The notes under the pieces are model-generated. The model was not told the origin of the DNA. It did no database searches and saw only the letters and a program-made list of their open reading frames with translations. A program made the position numbers and the translations under genes. A DNA stretch of 62,499 nt from IMG/VR virus record IMGVR_UViG_3300049235_000005, positions 1-62,499 of that record. The stretch is one strand, 5' to 3'. Source of the DNA: a virus. Its lineage: Duplodnaviria > Caudoviricetes. The stretch's first letter is position 1. Each line of letters begins with the position of its first letter. Positions 47,662-57,571 of this stretch are shown here, piece by piece.

Positions 47662-48069
47662 ATGTGGTTTCAAAAGATTAACAACCGCCTCATGCGCACT
47701 TATTCGAACAACGGGCGCACCTATGGGGCGATTGCGTTTGGACGAGACTCAGCAGGGAAGTATGTGGTCGTGGGTTGTGAGACTGATCTTGTAGTCGACT
47801 CATTGTTTACGAATGGCTCAGCAAGTGGCTATGGCAAGGGCTCCATCTGTATGCGTATCGCAGGTGGGATGAGCGTGGTTGACGCAGACGGCCTGTGGCA
47901 GACGGTCACGTTGACGACGGTGAGCCAGTCGGTTTCTCCAAGCCACTCGGTTTCGCCTAGTTCGTCAGCTTCAGCCAGTGCCAGCTCGTCGGCTTCGTTA
48001 TCGCAGTCGCCGAGTGCGTCGGCGTCGCGAAGTGTTTCGCCCAGCGCATCGGCCAGTCCGTCGGCGTGA
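47662..48069 (+). CDS. Putative capsid decoration/fibre protein with ~48-aa C-terminal Ser/Pro tract
   Basis: YGKGSICMR domain followed by SQSVSPSHSVSP...SASASPSA. Confidence 0.75.
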   Translation: MWFQKINNRLMRTYSNNGRTYGAIAFGRDSAGKYVVVGCETDLVVDSLFTNGSASGYGKGSICMRIAGGMSVVDADGLWQTVTLTTVSQSVSPSHSVSPSSSASASASSSASLSQSPSASASRSVSPSASASPSA

Positions 48070-48075
48070 TGAGTT

Positions 48076-48408
48076 ATGCCAAGCCCTACTCCGACAGACG
48101 AGGATATCGACTTCGTACGCGAGGTCGCAGGTGAGGGCAGTTTTGAATTCGTCGCCACGCTCATTGACAACTTGAACGACGCGCAGTGGTCCCGAGCGTT
48201 GGACTTCGTTACCGCTTGGAACAACTACGAACCCGGTAGTGTGATGGAGTTGGTGAATGGTGGCAGAGAGGGTGTGAACGAGAAGGATCAGGACGCGCTG
48301 ATGGATATTCGACGAAGGTTGCGACTCCTGCTGGGCCTGCTCGAGTTCAGAGATGGAGACGCTAGCTTCTTCCGCTCAACTTCAGTGCCGGTGCTATGGG
48401 TATTTTAA
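48076..48408 (+). CDS. Putative head-tail adaptor
   Basis: Helical 110 aa; position. Confidence 0.5.
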   Translation: MPSPTPTDEDIDFVREVAGEGSFEFVATLIDNLNDAQWSRALDFVTAWNNYEPGSVMELVNGGREGVNEKDQDALMDIRRRLRLLLGLLEFRDGDASFFRSTSVPVLWVF

Positions 48409-48411
48409 CCA

Positions 48412-48774
48412 ATGGACCGATCAACACGTATCGCCCGAGCAATAGCCCGCGCACACGACCGACTGCGACCGATCTTTGTGCAGGAACAATGCGTGAAGCT
48501 GCTGGCAGGAGACCAGAACAACTGGGGCGAGCCGATTGCGAGCTACGACTCCCACTGGTATCTCGACAAGCACGAGTATTTAGATGTCGCGGCGGGCAAG
48601 CGTTACAAGCGGCTGCTGATCGACGACGTGGAGGGATGCAGGTTGGCTAAATTGAAAGCAATGACAGCGGTGCAGATTGGCGATGACATCTACACCTTTC
48701 ACGGCAAGGATTCATTCGTTGGCGCGGTGCCGAATTACGAGTTTAAGGTGGTCCATGCGGGAGTGAGGATTTAG
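48412..48774 (+). CDS. Putative head closure protein
   Basis: Beta-rich 120 aa; position. Confidence 0.5.
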   Translation: MDRSTRIARAIARAHDRLRPIFVQEQCVKLLAGDQNNWGEPIASYDSHWYLDKHEYLDVAAGKRYKRLLIDDVEGCRLAKLKAMTAVQIGDDIYTFHGKDSFVGAVPNYEFKVVHAGVRI

Positions 48775-49215
48775 ATGGGCGAGTTAGTCACAATCGAACT
48801 TGGCTCAATCTTCCATAACTTCCGCTCGCGAGTGGAAGGGTTGCGCGACAGTGTCACCGCAGCCGGTGGCAAGATTCTCCGCACCGAGGAAGAGTCCAGT
48901 ATCCGCCTCCGCTGGTACGACCGAGGGGTGACGTTGCGCTCGCTACAGGAGCAGACCACCACCGAGGGAGAGGCGCGTATCTACCGCCTGTTTCCCACCG
49001 CCACCAGCAAAGGCGGTGCTCCTTATCCGCTGTTTGGTGAGTACGGTACGGGACGCGAAGGGGCGCGGACAGGTGGACCACCTCCAGCGAGCTATCGGTA
49101 CGGCGATTCAAAGGGCATGCGAGCACGGCGCTACGGTCGCATTGCGGTGACGCAGGCGAGGCCGAAGGTGATGGCGAAGGCTGGCGAACTAATACGGAAC
49201 TTTACGGTGAATTGA
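48775..49215 (+). CDS. HK97 gp10-like tail completion protein
   Basis: GVTLRSL...YPLFGEYGTG...GMRARRY. Confidence 0.7.
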   Translation: MGELVTIELGSIFHNFRSRVEGLRDSVTAAGGKILRTEEESSIRLRWYDRGVTLRSLQEQTTTEGEARIYRLFPTATSKGGAPYPLFGEYGTGREGARTGGPPPASYRYGDSKGMRARRYGRIAVTQARPKVMAKAGELIRNFTVN

Positions 49216-49383
49216 GATGAACTACTGGGAACGTTCAGACAGGCGTGCAATAGCGCGAGTAAAGGAGTCCGAGGACATGCTTTACCTCCCTGACTATCTT
49301 GACGCTGAGGGCCTACAGGTGTGGTACGGCGACATTCACCGCTGCGTGGTGGACGGTATTCTTGAATACGTTGGCTATTAAAT

Positions 49384-49947
49384 GTGCCAGTTCCAACCGC
49401 AAACCAGATTAAGACGCAGTTGAAAACCTTGCTGACCCCCGTTATCGGCACGGCGCAGACGAAGAAGGTAAAGATCTTTGACTACTTGGCACTGGCGTTC
49501 AAATCGGAAGAGGGGACGGAGGTAGCAATTCTGCGCTCACCTCTCGATGTAGCCACTCTTTCCGGCGGCGGCACCGTCCAGCGTGTGAATTGCTTAATGA
49601 TTAGCGAAGCATCGTTCACGCAGGCGAAGGTTCCCGCCAAAGAGGACTACACGCGACTGATTACCACTCCGCGTGGCAAGAACACCATCAGTCGCCAGTT
49701 TCGCCTGACCTACTTCTACCAGTTTGGCGACTCCAGTGAGAACACGTTCTCTACGAACGTCGAGCTAATCAGGACGACCCTGAATAACGTTCCTAAACTT
49801 GGATTCACGGTACCGGGAACAGGCGAGTGGGTAGAAGGACATGACGAGTTGCAGATGCAGGCAATGGACCCTGACAACTTTGGTACAACGGTGGTGCATG
49901 TGGGATTTGGGTTACTAATGGTGAGACTAATTGAGGCACTGGGATGA
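49384..49947 (+). CDS. Putative tail terminator
   Basis: Position before the tail tube gene; alpha/beta pattern. Confidence 0.5.
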   Translation: MPVPTANQIKTQLKTLLTPVIGTAQTKKVKIFDYLALAFKSEEGTEVAILRSPLDVATLSGGGTVQRVNCLMISEASFTQAKVPAKEDYTRLITTPRGKNTISRQFRLTYFYQFGDSSENTFSTNVELIRTTLNNVPKLGFTVPGTGEWVEGHDELQMQAMDPDNFGTTVVHVGFGLLMVRLIEALG

Positions 49948-50501
49948 AATTATCAGAAGCAATACGTGAAGGCTCCAAGCTCCGGCCCCGAGTCGGCGTG
50001 CTGGGCGAGAGATTCTCCCACGTCGAAGGGCGTGGGCTATGCTCTGACATTTGGGGCGCAGCGGTGGAAGCCGTTCAGCCAGCGGTGGCAAACTTCAACT
50101 GGAACAAATCCAACACCGATGCTTTTCAACGTTCGATGGATGCGTTTCGCGCTATCCAGCTTCAGTATTTCGCACCCTACTTCCAGATGCCCTTGCACTG
50201 TCCCGGCCTACGTCAAAACGTGATGAAGGTGGGCGGGCGGCTAATCAACCGCTTTGGCAAAGAGCCGGAACTGAAGACCTACGACAGCTACGCGCGTATT
50301 GAGAACTTCGGCGGTATCACCAGCGAGTGCCCAAAGGTGGAGCATCTTGCGGGTATGGTGGACCACTTGTATCACAAGCATCGTGTTCTAGCAGAGAAGA
50401 TCGCCAACTGTGTCGAGGAGTATGAAAACGCCTGCGAGCAGGGGGCACGACAAATCGCAATCAATCGTAATTTCACGCATTACGCAGCCAATTGGAGGTA
50501 A
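49944..50501 (+). CDS. Hypothetical protein inserted in the tail operon
   Basis: MKLSEAIREG N-terminus; ATGA-coupled. Confidence 0.7.
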   Translation: MKLSEAIREGSKLRPRVGVLGERFSHVEGRGLCSDIWGAAVEAVQPAVANFNWNKSNTDAFQRSMDAFRAIQLQYFAPYFQMPLHCPGLRQNVMKVGGRLINRFGKEPELKTYDSYARIENFGGITSECPKVEHLAGMVDHLYHKHRVLAEKIANCVEEYENACEQGARQIAINRNFTHYAANWR

Positions 50502-50504
50502 CTT

Positions 50505-51335
50505 ATGGGACTCTGGTCAGGACAAGGCCCGGTATTCTGGGCCAATCGAGACGCGAACGGCGATCCAATCGCTCCTTTCACGTGGTTTGGTAATGCGCCC
50601 ACGTTCGAGTTCGGCATGGCCGTGGAGGAACTGACGCACAAAGAGTCGTACTCCGGCCTGCGCGCTATTGACGCGCGCATCGATACCGAACTGAACTCCA
50701 GTGTCAATCTCACGGTTGACGACTTCAAGGAAACGAATCTGGAGTTGGCTGCCCGTGGTGAGGCTTCAACTCTGGCTGGTGGAGTAGTTACAGCCGAAGT
50801 GGTACTCAGTGGCGCGCCTGCACTTAACACGCTTTACGCAGTTAAGGGCGCGACCGGGCGTGTGACCGGATTCACGCTCACCGACAACGGTTCTCCGATC
50901 ACGTCAACCAAGTACTCGTGGGACGCGTCAGGCGTGTTCCAGTTCAACGACATCGCAGGCATGACCGGGCCAATTGCTGCCACTTACACTAACGCGGCCT
51001 CGCGCCAGCTAGGTGTATTCAAGCGCGCCGCGCCTGAAATCTGGGTGCGGATGATTGGTAAGAACACGGCAGTAAACTCCGGTGTGGACTTCGAGCGGCT
51101 GATTGTTGATGCGTTCAAGGTACGGCTGAGTCCTGCCGAGACGATCAGCCTCATCAGCGACGAGTTCAATACGCTGGCGTTTACAGGTTCGGCGCTGGCT
51201 GATACTACTCGTGCGCAGTCCGACCCCGAAGGCCAATTCGCACGGTTCATCTACCTCGACCCCGGTTCCGCTGTAGCGTCAGCCTCGGTGAGCCCGTCGG
51301 TGTCGCCATCGGCTTCAGCGAGTCCGTCAGCCTAG
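50505..51335 (+). CDS. Major tail (tube) protein with C-terminal SP tag
   Basis: WSGQGPV...WFGNAPTFE...THKESYSGLR...KVRLSP...LISDEF..L.FTGSALAD; ends ASASVSPSVSPSASASPSA. Confidence 0.88.
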   Translation: MGLWSGQGPVFWANRDANGDPIAPFTWFGNAPTFEFGMAVEELTHKESYSGLRAIDARIDTELNSSVNLTVDDFKETNLELAARGEASTLAGGVVTAEVVLSGAPALNTLYAVKGATGRVTGFTLTDNGSPITSTKYSWDASGVFQFNDIAGMTGPIAATYTNAASRQLGVFKRAAPEIWVRMIGKNTAVNSGVDFERLIVDAFKVRLSPAETISLISDEFNTLAFTGSALADTTRAQSDPEGQFARFIYLDPGSAVASASVSPSVSPSASASPSA

Positions 51336-51348
51336 TGGGAGGATTAAC

Positions 51349-51804
51349 GTGAGCGACAATCAACAGGATCAACTCCCCGACATCGTCAACTCCCCCGTCA
51401 AGGTGAAGGCGTTTGGCCGCGAGCACGAGGTCAGGCGCTTTCCCCTCGGCAAGATGCAGCGGGCGTTGGAGCACATTGCCCCGTTGGGATACCTCATGCG
51501 CTCGGCAACTCAATCCGACGTGGCTGACATTCTCGTCAATGCGCTTGCCCTCGGTGGCCCACCGGCCATCGGCTTGCTCTCGGTCCAGACCAACGAACCG
51601 CCCGAGTGGCTGGAGGACAAAGATCCAATCGAAGCCCTTGAACTCCTTGCCGCCATCGTCGAGGTGAATGCCCGCTATTTTTTCGCTTCGGGGAACGTCG
51701 AGCGGTTGAAGAAGGCGGGCGCGCGCATTCAAAAAGTCATCGAGACATTTGGTGGAGCTACGTCAGTGAACTCGTCGAACACCGCCACGCCTATCGGGAC
51801 ATAG
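51349..51804 (+). CDS. Tail assembly chaperone G
   Basis: Between tail tube and tape measure; IVEVNARYFF motif. Confidence 0.8.
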   Translation: MSDNQQDQLPDIVNSPVKVKAFGREHEVRRFPLGKMQRALEHIAPLGYLMRSATQSDVADILVNALALGGPPAIGLLSVQTNEPPEWLEDKDPIEALELLAAIVEVNARYFFASGNVERLKKAGARIQKVIETFGGATSVNSSNTATPIGT

Positions 51805-52160
51805 TCCACGAGTACACGATAGACCACGTCGAGCGCTTCCTGTTCGAGGTTCGCGTGCAGGGGTTACGTGATCGGATCGTGGAAATCCACAACTACCGCG
51901 TCGCCCAGATTGCCGATGGGCGCAAATTCCAGACACAGGTCAATAAACTTGTCTTTGCGCTGAACCAGCTATTGCGCCGAGGTGTGCGTAACCTCCTTAC
52001 CCCGCAAGAGCAGGCGCTGTTCGACAGGCAGCAACACGTCGGGTTTGCGGAATTGAGCGAAGGAGAGAAACAGAAGCTCAACAGTGAGATTGATTCCATG
52101 TGGGGCCAGATTCCGGCGCATCTGCAACAGAAGGCGCGGACTCTGGCAGGTGCGAACTAG
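51678..52160 (+). CDS. Tail assembly chaperone GT extension via -1 frameshift
   Basis: In-frame T TTT TTC heptamer at 51678-84; the -1 frame is open from about 51642 to 52160 and encodes WWSYVSELVEHRH..DIVHEYTI. Confidence 0.6.
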   Translation, partial: FFRFGERRAVEEGGRAHSKSHRDIWWSYVSELVEHRHAYRDIVHEYTIDHVERFLFEVRVQGLRDRIVEIHNYRVAQIADGRKFQTQVNKLVFALNQLLRRGVRNLLTPQEQALFDRQQHVGFAELSEGEKQKLNSEIDSMWGQIPAHLQQKARTLAGAN

Positions 52161-55100
52161 ATGGCTGACGGAACCAAATTAATCATTGAACTGCAAACCA
52201 TCCTGCGCGGGTTGAACCAAACCCTGCGCGGGCTGGACCAGATCAAAAAGAAGCTGGATTCGGTTGCGGCAATCAAGGTTGGCGTTCAGCCTACTCAAAA
52301 TACCAGCAAGGCCACAATTGCTGCGCAGAAACTGTCTCAGCAGCAGGAAAAGCTGGGTGTACAGGCGCGGGAACTAGCTAACCGTCAAGAAAGGGCACGT
52401 CAAGTCACCGAGAGACTGGCTCTTTCGCAGCAGCGGCTTAGCACTGCCCAGCAACGCACAGCGCGAACTACCGGAGCACAGGCCGACGCGCACGTGCGCG
52501 CGTTCAGGGCTATTCAGAAGGGGATCGATACCGCCGATGGTCACGTTAAGGCATTTCGGGCAAGTGAAGCCGCGCTGGCCCGAGCGCCGCAACTGGACGC
52601 TCACGTGCGCGCGTTTCGTGCGGCCGAAGCGGCCACGGAGGCGTTTAATAAAAAGGTTGCAGGCTTAGGCAACTCGCTCCGCAGCATCGGTCAGGGACTA
52701 TCAACTGTGGGTGCAACGTTGAGCGCGACGCTAACCCTGCCGCTTGTTGCTGCTGGGGCCGCGTCGGTCAACGCGGCGGTCCAACTCGACTCGTTGAAAC
52801 GCGGCCTCACGGCCATCGTCGGGTCGTCAGTGGAGGCAAATCGCCAGCTTGAACGGTTGACGCAAATCGCCAAACTCCCCGGCATCGGGTTTGAAGAAGC
52901 GATTCAAGGGTCGATTAGGTTGCAGGCAGTGGGGTTCAGCGCCCTTGAGGCCGAGCGATCTCTGCGCCAGTTCAGCAACGCGATTGCGCTGACAGGTGGA
53001 GGACGCGATGAACTTGCCCGCGTAACTGTCCAACTGGGCCAACTCGCCGCAAAGGGCAAGGTGCTGAGTCAGGATCTCCGGCCTATCATCGAAGCGGCCC
53101 CTGCCGTGGGTCGCGCGCTACTGCAAGCGTTCGGTACAGTGAACGCTGCTGACATTCAGGAACTCGGACTCTCGTCGAAGGAGTTTCTCGGCATTCTGGT
53201 TGGTGAGCTTGAGCGCCTTCCGCGCGCCGCTGCTGGCGCAAAGAACTCGTTTGAAAACTTCCGTGACGAAGTGTTTCGTGCGGCAGCGACGGTAGGCGAG
53301 GCGCTACTGCCCGCGCTTACTCGGCTAGTGGAGGTAGTTGGACCAGTTATCACAACCCTTGCCAACGCCTTCGGTAAACTCCCTACCGCCGTGCAGGTTG
53401 TTGTCATCGGTTTCGGCGCACTACTAGCAGCACTTGGCCCGCTAGCGTTTATTACGGGTCAGTTAGCCACTGGATTCGGACGCCTGCTGGTTGGATTCGC
53501 TCAGCTCAACGCCATCGGCATCCTGCCCACGATTCGCAATCTTCGCGCCCTCGTGGCCGGAACCCTCACCGCCGCGCAGGCCAATCGAACCCTCGCCGCC
53601 ACTACTGCTCTCGTCACTGGCGCAGTTGGGCTTATCGCCGCCGCGATCACGCTCGCTGTCGGTATCTATGCTGGCTATAAAGCCACGCAGAAGGATTCGG
53701 TACGACTCAGTCGTGAACAAGCCGACGCGCTCACTGATCAAATCAACGGGCTCAAGAAGCAGTCAGAGTTTCTCGGCACGCTGGAGAGTGGAACGAAGCG
53801 CACTGCCGACGAACAGGATCGCCTGCTGGAGATTTACGAGAGCCTCAACCGCACGGCGAAGGTGCGTGTTACGGGGATTAAAGACGAAGAGGAACGACTA
53901 GCTGCCCTGCGAGAGGAAATCGCCCGAGTTGTTGCCCTTCGTGAACAGGAACGCATCCAGCAAGCCGCGTCCGTGACCGCCGAGCTTGCCAATAATCTAC
54001 TCAAGGTCAAAGCCAACGAAGAAGAACGAGATGCGATTGCGGGGCGCATCCAAGCGAACAATGAACTGGTCCAGACACTGGAAAAAGAACAGGTAATCAG
54101 CGCCGCATCCACTCGCGCGCTGGCTGAACGCAGTATCACCGCCAGTACGGTCCAGTCAGCAATCGGGGCCCTTAAGACTGAGTCGGAGAACCTGTCGGAG
54201 TCTCAGGATGAGTTGATCGCTTCCAGCAAGGAACTGACTGCGCTTACGAAAGACGAAGTTGAGATAGTTCGCGCGCTTGAGCGGCAGACCGGGCTCACCG
54301 CACGCCAACTACTCCTCGCCGCGCAAAGTTCAGGTAAGTTCCGAGGTGATATCGCAACCATCATCCCGATACTGGAGCGCTACGTTGAGCAGACCGACGC
54401 GGCCACTAAAGCTACTGACCGACTGAACAAATCGCTGAGCGAGAATGCAGCCAAGCTGAACGAGGCAGGTCAGCGTGCGGACGATGCCGCGAAAGCGCGC
54501 CAGACGATTATCTCGTCAGCGGCAGCAGTCGCCCGTGAAACCAGCCTCAACTTTGACGGAGCGCTGAAATCCCTGCGTCAGATGGTCAACGCTGTCCCTG
54601 AACTGGCGGCATCGCTGAAACGTGAGAGTGAGCTGACGGGTAAGACGCTGAATGAGCTATTACAGGAGGCGCTGGAAGGATCGTTTAGAGGCCGCGAGAA
54701 GGACAAGTCAGGTACCGCGCTCCGCAACGCACAGGAACAACTCAATGACGCCCTCGCTCGTGTCCAACAATCAGCCAACGACCGGACCATCGCCGAGGAG
54801 CAGGCGAAGAACGACCAACTGCTTCGTATTAACGAGCTGCGGTTTAACCGCGAGTTAACCAGTTTCAAGCAGTTCGTCGTTGAACGCGCACGGTTGCAAC
54901 GGCAACAGGTTCAAGGTGAGATAGATCGCCAGCAGGAGATTGCGCGGTTAGCTGACGAGGAGGCGCGACGACAGCGGGAACGGGCAGGTGTTACTACCGG
55001 CGCGGAGCGAATCAAAGCGCAGGCCGGTGAGCAAAAGGCGCTGGCCGAGCGAACGCAAGCCGAGACGAAGATTCTGGAACTCCAGTCACGCCAGCGTCAG

Positions 55101-56927
55101 GTGTTTGCCGACACGGCGCGCGACTTGGATCAATTCACCGAGGAGCGCCAACAGAGTTTCCGTGAACTGAACCGCGAACTGGACGAGATCATCGGTAAGG
55201 AAGGGCGCGCGGCAGAGGCGGCGATTGATGAGCGCTTTGCCAGCCAGCTACGTGAGCTACGCAATGAACTGAAGCTAGCCGGACAGGACTTAATCGGCGC
55301 GCAGGCTGCGGGGAGTCGTGCAGGACAGGCGGCGGCTGCGGCTACGTTGGGCCAGCTTAGAAACCAGATTGCCTCAATCGAGAACCACAAACGGCTGCTC
55401 AGGGCTGTCGGAGAAGTAGCGGAGGCGCAGGAGGAGATCCGTCGGGCCGAGGAGGCACAGAGGAACCTTGAGGAGCAGTTGACATCTCAGGTTGAGTTTC
55501 GCGGGCTGGCTGAAGAGGACGCGATTCGCAAACGGCTGGAAGGTGAGCAGAAGGTTCGCGCGGTTGTCGAGCAGCAGCAGGTGCGACTGGAGATTCTTGC
55601 AGCGACACTGAAAGCGGCAGGGCTGGAAATCCCACTGGCACTGGCCGAAGCTGTCGAGCGGCTGAAGGCAGCTATAGGCGGGCTGGGCGAACTGTCACTT
55701 GGCGAGCAGTTCCGACTAGTCCAGAAGGAATTCGACCGCCTCAACGAGGAGCGACTTCGCAAGATTGCCGACATCGAGCGAGCGATCCGAGAGCGCGACA
55801 TTGCCGAGATTGAAGGACTGTTGATTATTCGCCGTATCAACGGCCAGTACGCGGCTGATCTTGAACAGCAACTGGTCCTATTGAAACAGATCGCCGCCCA
55901 GTCCAACGACGCGAACCTTATTCGACAGGCTCAATCAGCGGAAGACACGGTTAAAGATGCGAACTCACAACTGGCTGACTTCAACCACCAGCTCCGCTCA
56001 GCCTCCATCGACGCGCTACGGGAAGGGTTCACTAACTTCTTTGCGTCAATCACTGACCGCACCAAAACCGCAAAGGAGAAACTGCTCGACCTCGTTAACT
56101 CCGTTACTGAACGTATCCAGCAGGTGATCGCAGAGAACCTGTCGGAGAAGTTGATCCAGTCGTTGTTTGGTGACGGGACCGAGAAGGGCGGGATACTGGC
56201 GTCGATTGGGCGACTGTTCGGATTAGGCGGTGGAGGTGGGATAGGTTCCGCAGGCGGGCTAGGCGAAGCTGCCGGTGCAGCGCAAACCGCTCAAGCCACC
56301 GCTGCCGCAACTGCACTCACCGCTGGGGCGACTGCCGCTTCTGCCGCGCTTGTGACAGGTGGAGTCACCGCCGGTACCGCACTTGTGACCTCCGCGACCG
56401 CCGCCGCCGCGTCAATCGTGGCTGCTGGGGTGGCATTTGCCGCCACAGTGGCAGCGGCTAGCGCGGCGTCAGGAGTAAGTCAGGGGCTGGGCGGACTAGG
56501 AGCTGGACTGGGCGCAGCAACTGGACTGTTTCCCGCTGTTCCCGGCGGAGTGGTACGGGTTGTTGAAGGCGGATTCCCTGAAGCGGTACTGACCACCGAT
56601 CCGAAACACGCGGTGCGACAGGTGGCTATCTTGCGCGAGTTTCTACGTCACACACGAGGGCTGGGCGGCAGGGTTCGCGGACTAGCAGCGGGTGGTTTTG
56701 CGATGCCGGAACTGGCGTTGAACGTACAGGGGATGGCGTTGGCAACTGGAGGATTAGGAGCGATGGAGATCTCAGGAGCGCCTACTGTCAACGTCCGCAA
56801 CATCAACCAGATCAACCGCGGCGAGATAGTGCGTGGGTATCTGCGCTCAGCCGAGGGTGTTACTGACATCCTTAACGTCATTTCAGAGAACGCGCCGGAT
56901 ATTGGGCGGCGGATAGGAGTGAAATAA
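52161..56927 (+). CDS. Tape measure protein
   Basis: 1588 aa, Ala/Gln/Glu-rich helical; LKRGLTAIVGS...QLGQLAAKGKV tape-measure domain; hydrophobic segments. Confidence 0.95.
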   Translation: MADGTKLIIELQTILRGLNQTLRGLDQIKKKLDSVAAIKVGVQPTQNTSKATIAAQKLSQQQEKLGVQARELANRQERARQVTERLALSQQRLSTAQQRTARTTGAQADAHVRAFRAIQKGIDTADGHVKAFRASEAALARAPQLDAHVRAFRAAEAATEAFNKKVAGLGNSLRSIGQGLSTVGATLSATLTLPLVAAGAASVNAAVQLDSLKRGLTAIVGSSVEANRQLERLTQIAKLPGIGFEEAIQGSIRLQAVGFSALEAERSLRQFSNAIALTGGGRDELARVTVQLGQLAAKGKVLSQDLRPIIEAAPAVGRALLQAFGTVNAADIQELGLSSKEFLGILVGELERLPRAAAGAKNSFENFRDEVFRAAATVGEALLPALTRLVEVVGPVITTLANAFGKLPTAVQVVVIGFGALLAALGPLAFITGQLATGFGRLLVGFAQLNAIGILPTIRNLRALVAGTLTAAQANRTLAATTALVTGAVGLIAAAITLAVGIYAGYKATQKDSVRLSREQADALTDQINGLKKQSEFLGTLESGTKRTADEQDRLLEIYESLNRTAKVRVTGIKDEEERLAALREEIARVVALREQERIQQAASVTAELANNLLKVKANEEERDAIAGRIQANNELVQTLEKEQVISAASTRALAERSITASTVQSAIGALKTESENLSESQDELIASSKELTALTKDEVEIVRALERQTGLTARQLLLAAQSSGKFRGDIATIIPILERYVEQTDAATKATDRLNKSLSENAAKLNEAGQRADDAAKARQTIISSAAAVARETSLNFDGALKSLRQMVNAVPELAASLKRESELTGKTLNELLQEALEGSFRGREKDKSGTALRNAQEQLNDALARVQQSANDRTIAEEQAKNDQLLRINELRFNRELTSFKQFVVERARLQRQQVQGEIDRQQEIARLADEEARRQRERAGVTTGAERIKAQAGEQKALAERTQAETKILELQSRQRQVFADTARDLDQFTEERQQSFRELNRELDEIIGKEGRAAEAAIDERFASQLRELRNELKLAGQDLIGAQAAGSRAGQAAAAATLGQLRNQIASIENHKRLLRAVGEVAEAQEEIRRAEEAQRNLEEQLTSQVEFRGLAEEDAIRKRLEGEQKVRAVVEQQQVRLEILAATLKAAGLEIPLALAEAVERLKAAIGGLGELSLGEQFRLVQKEFDRLNEERLRKIADIERAIRERDIAEIEGLLIIRRINGQYAADLEQQLVLLKQIAAQSNDANLIRQAQSAEDTVKDANSQLADFNHQLRSASIDALREGFTNFFASITDRTKTAKEKLLDLVNSVTERIQQVIAENLSEKLIQSLFGDGTEKGGILASIGRLFGLGGGGGIGSAGGLGEAAGAAQTAQATAAATALTAGATAASAALVTGGVTAGTALVTSATAAAASIVAAGVAFAATVAAASAASGVSQGLGGLGAGLGAATGLFPAVPGGVVRVVEGGFPEAVLTTDPKHAVRQVAILREFLRHTRGLGGRVRGLAAGGFAMPELALNVQGMALATGGLGAMEISGAPTVNVRNINQINRGEIVRGYLRSAEGVTDILNVISENAPDIGRRIGVK

Positions 56928-57157
56928 TGGACGCTGCTACTGCACTGAATCGTCTACGTGAACTGTTTCCGGTTACAGACGATTACGACACTGAATTAAT
57001 TATGTTTACTAACGGCGACGTTGAGATCGAGGTGTTCTACACCGTGGAAGGCGCTCGCAGAAGAGGCGAGGACTGCCAGAATGTTACACGAGTTGAAGGA
57101 AACTCGATTGACGAATGTATGAGCCAAGTTGAACGGTGGGTTTTGGGGGAGCGTTAA
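56927..57157 (+). CDS. Small acidic hypothetical protein
   Basis: Coupled to the tape measure stop. Confidence 0.6.
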   Translation: MDAATALNRLRELFPVTDDYDTELIMFTNGDVEIEVFYTVEGARRRGEDCQNVTRVEGNSIDECMSQVERWVLGER

Positions 57158-57571
57158 ATGGCCGGAGGAGCAACAGCGCTCGGCGCACAAATCATTCTCA
57201 ACTACTTCCTGCGCGGAGTAGCGCCGTCAATTCCGTCCACGGTGTACATGCGGCTGCTTACCACGCCTTCGACTAAGACGAGTAGCGGGAACGAGACAGT
57301 TTACGGATCATACGCCCGACTGGCGATGGTGCGCGGGGTGCTGCTGTTTACTAACCCACTACTGACCAGTCAGAGCACCAACGTCAGTCCGATCATCTAC
57401 CCTGCGCCGTCGAGCCTGGATGACGACCTCGTAGCATGGGACTGGGTAAACACGGCCAGCGGTGCATTTACTGAGACTTACCTATTCGGCGCGATTCGAC
57501 CATCGCGATCCATCGTCGTAGGAACCAAGCCGCTGAAGTTTCCCTCGGGAGTGATGGTGGTCACTGCATGA
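57158..57571 (+). CDS. Virion tail/fibre structural protein
   Basis: ILNYFLRG...VYMRL.T...SYARLAM...TNVSPIIYP motif seen in phage tail regions. Confidence 0.7.
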   Translation: MAGGATALGAQIILNYFLRGVAPSIPSTVYMRLLTTPSTKTSSGNETVYGSYARLAMVRGVLLFTNPLLTSQSTNVSPIIYPAPSSLDDDLVAWDWVNTASGAFTETYLFGAIRPSRSIVVGTKPLKFPSGVMVVTA

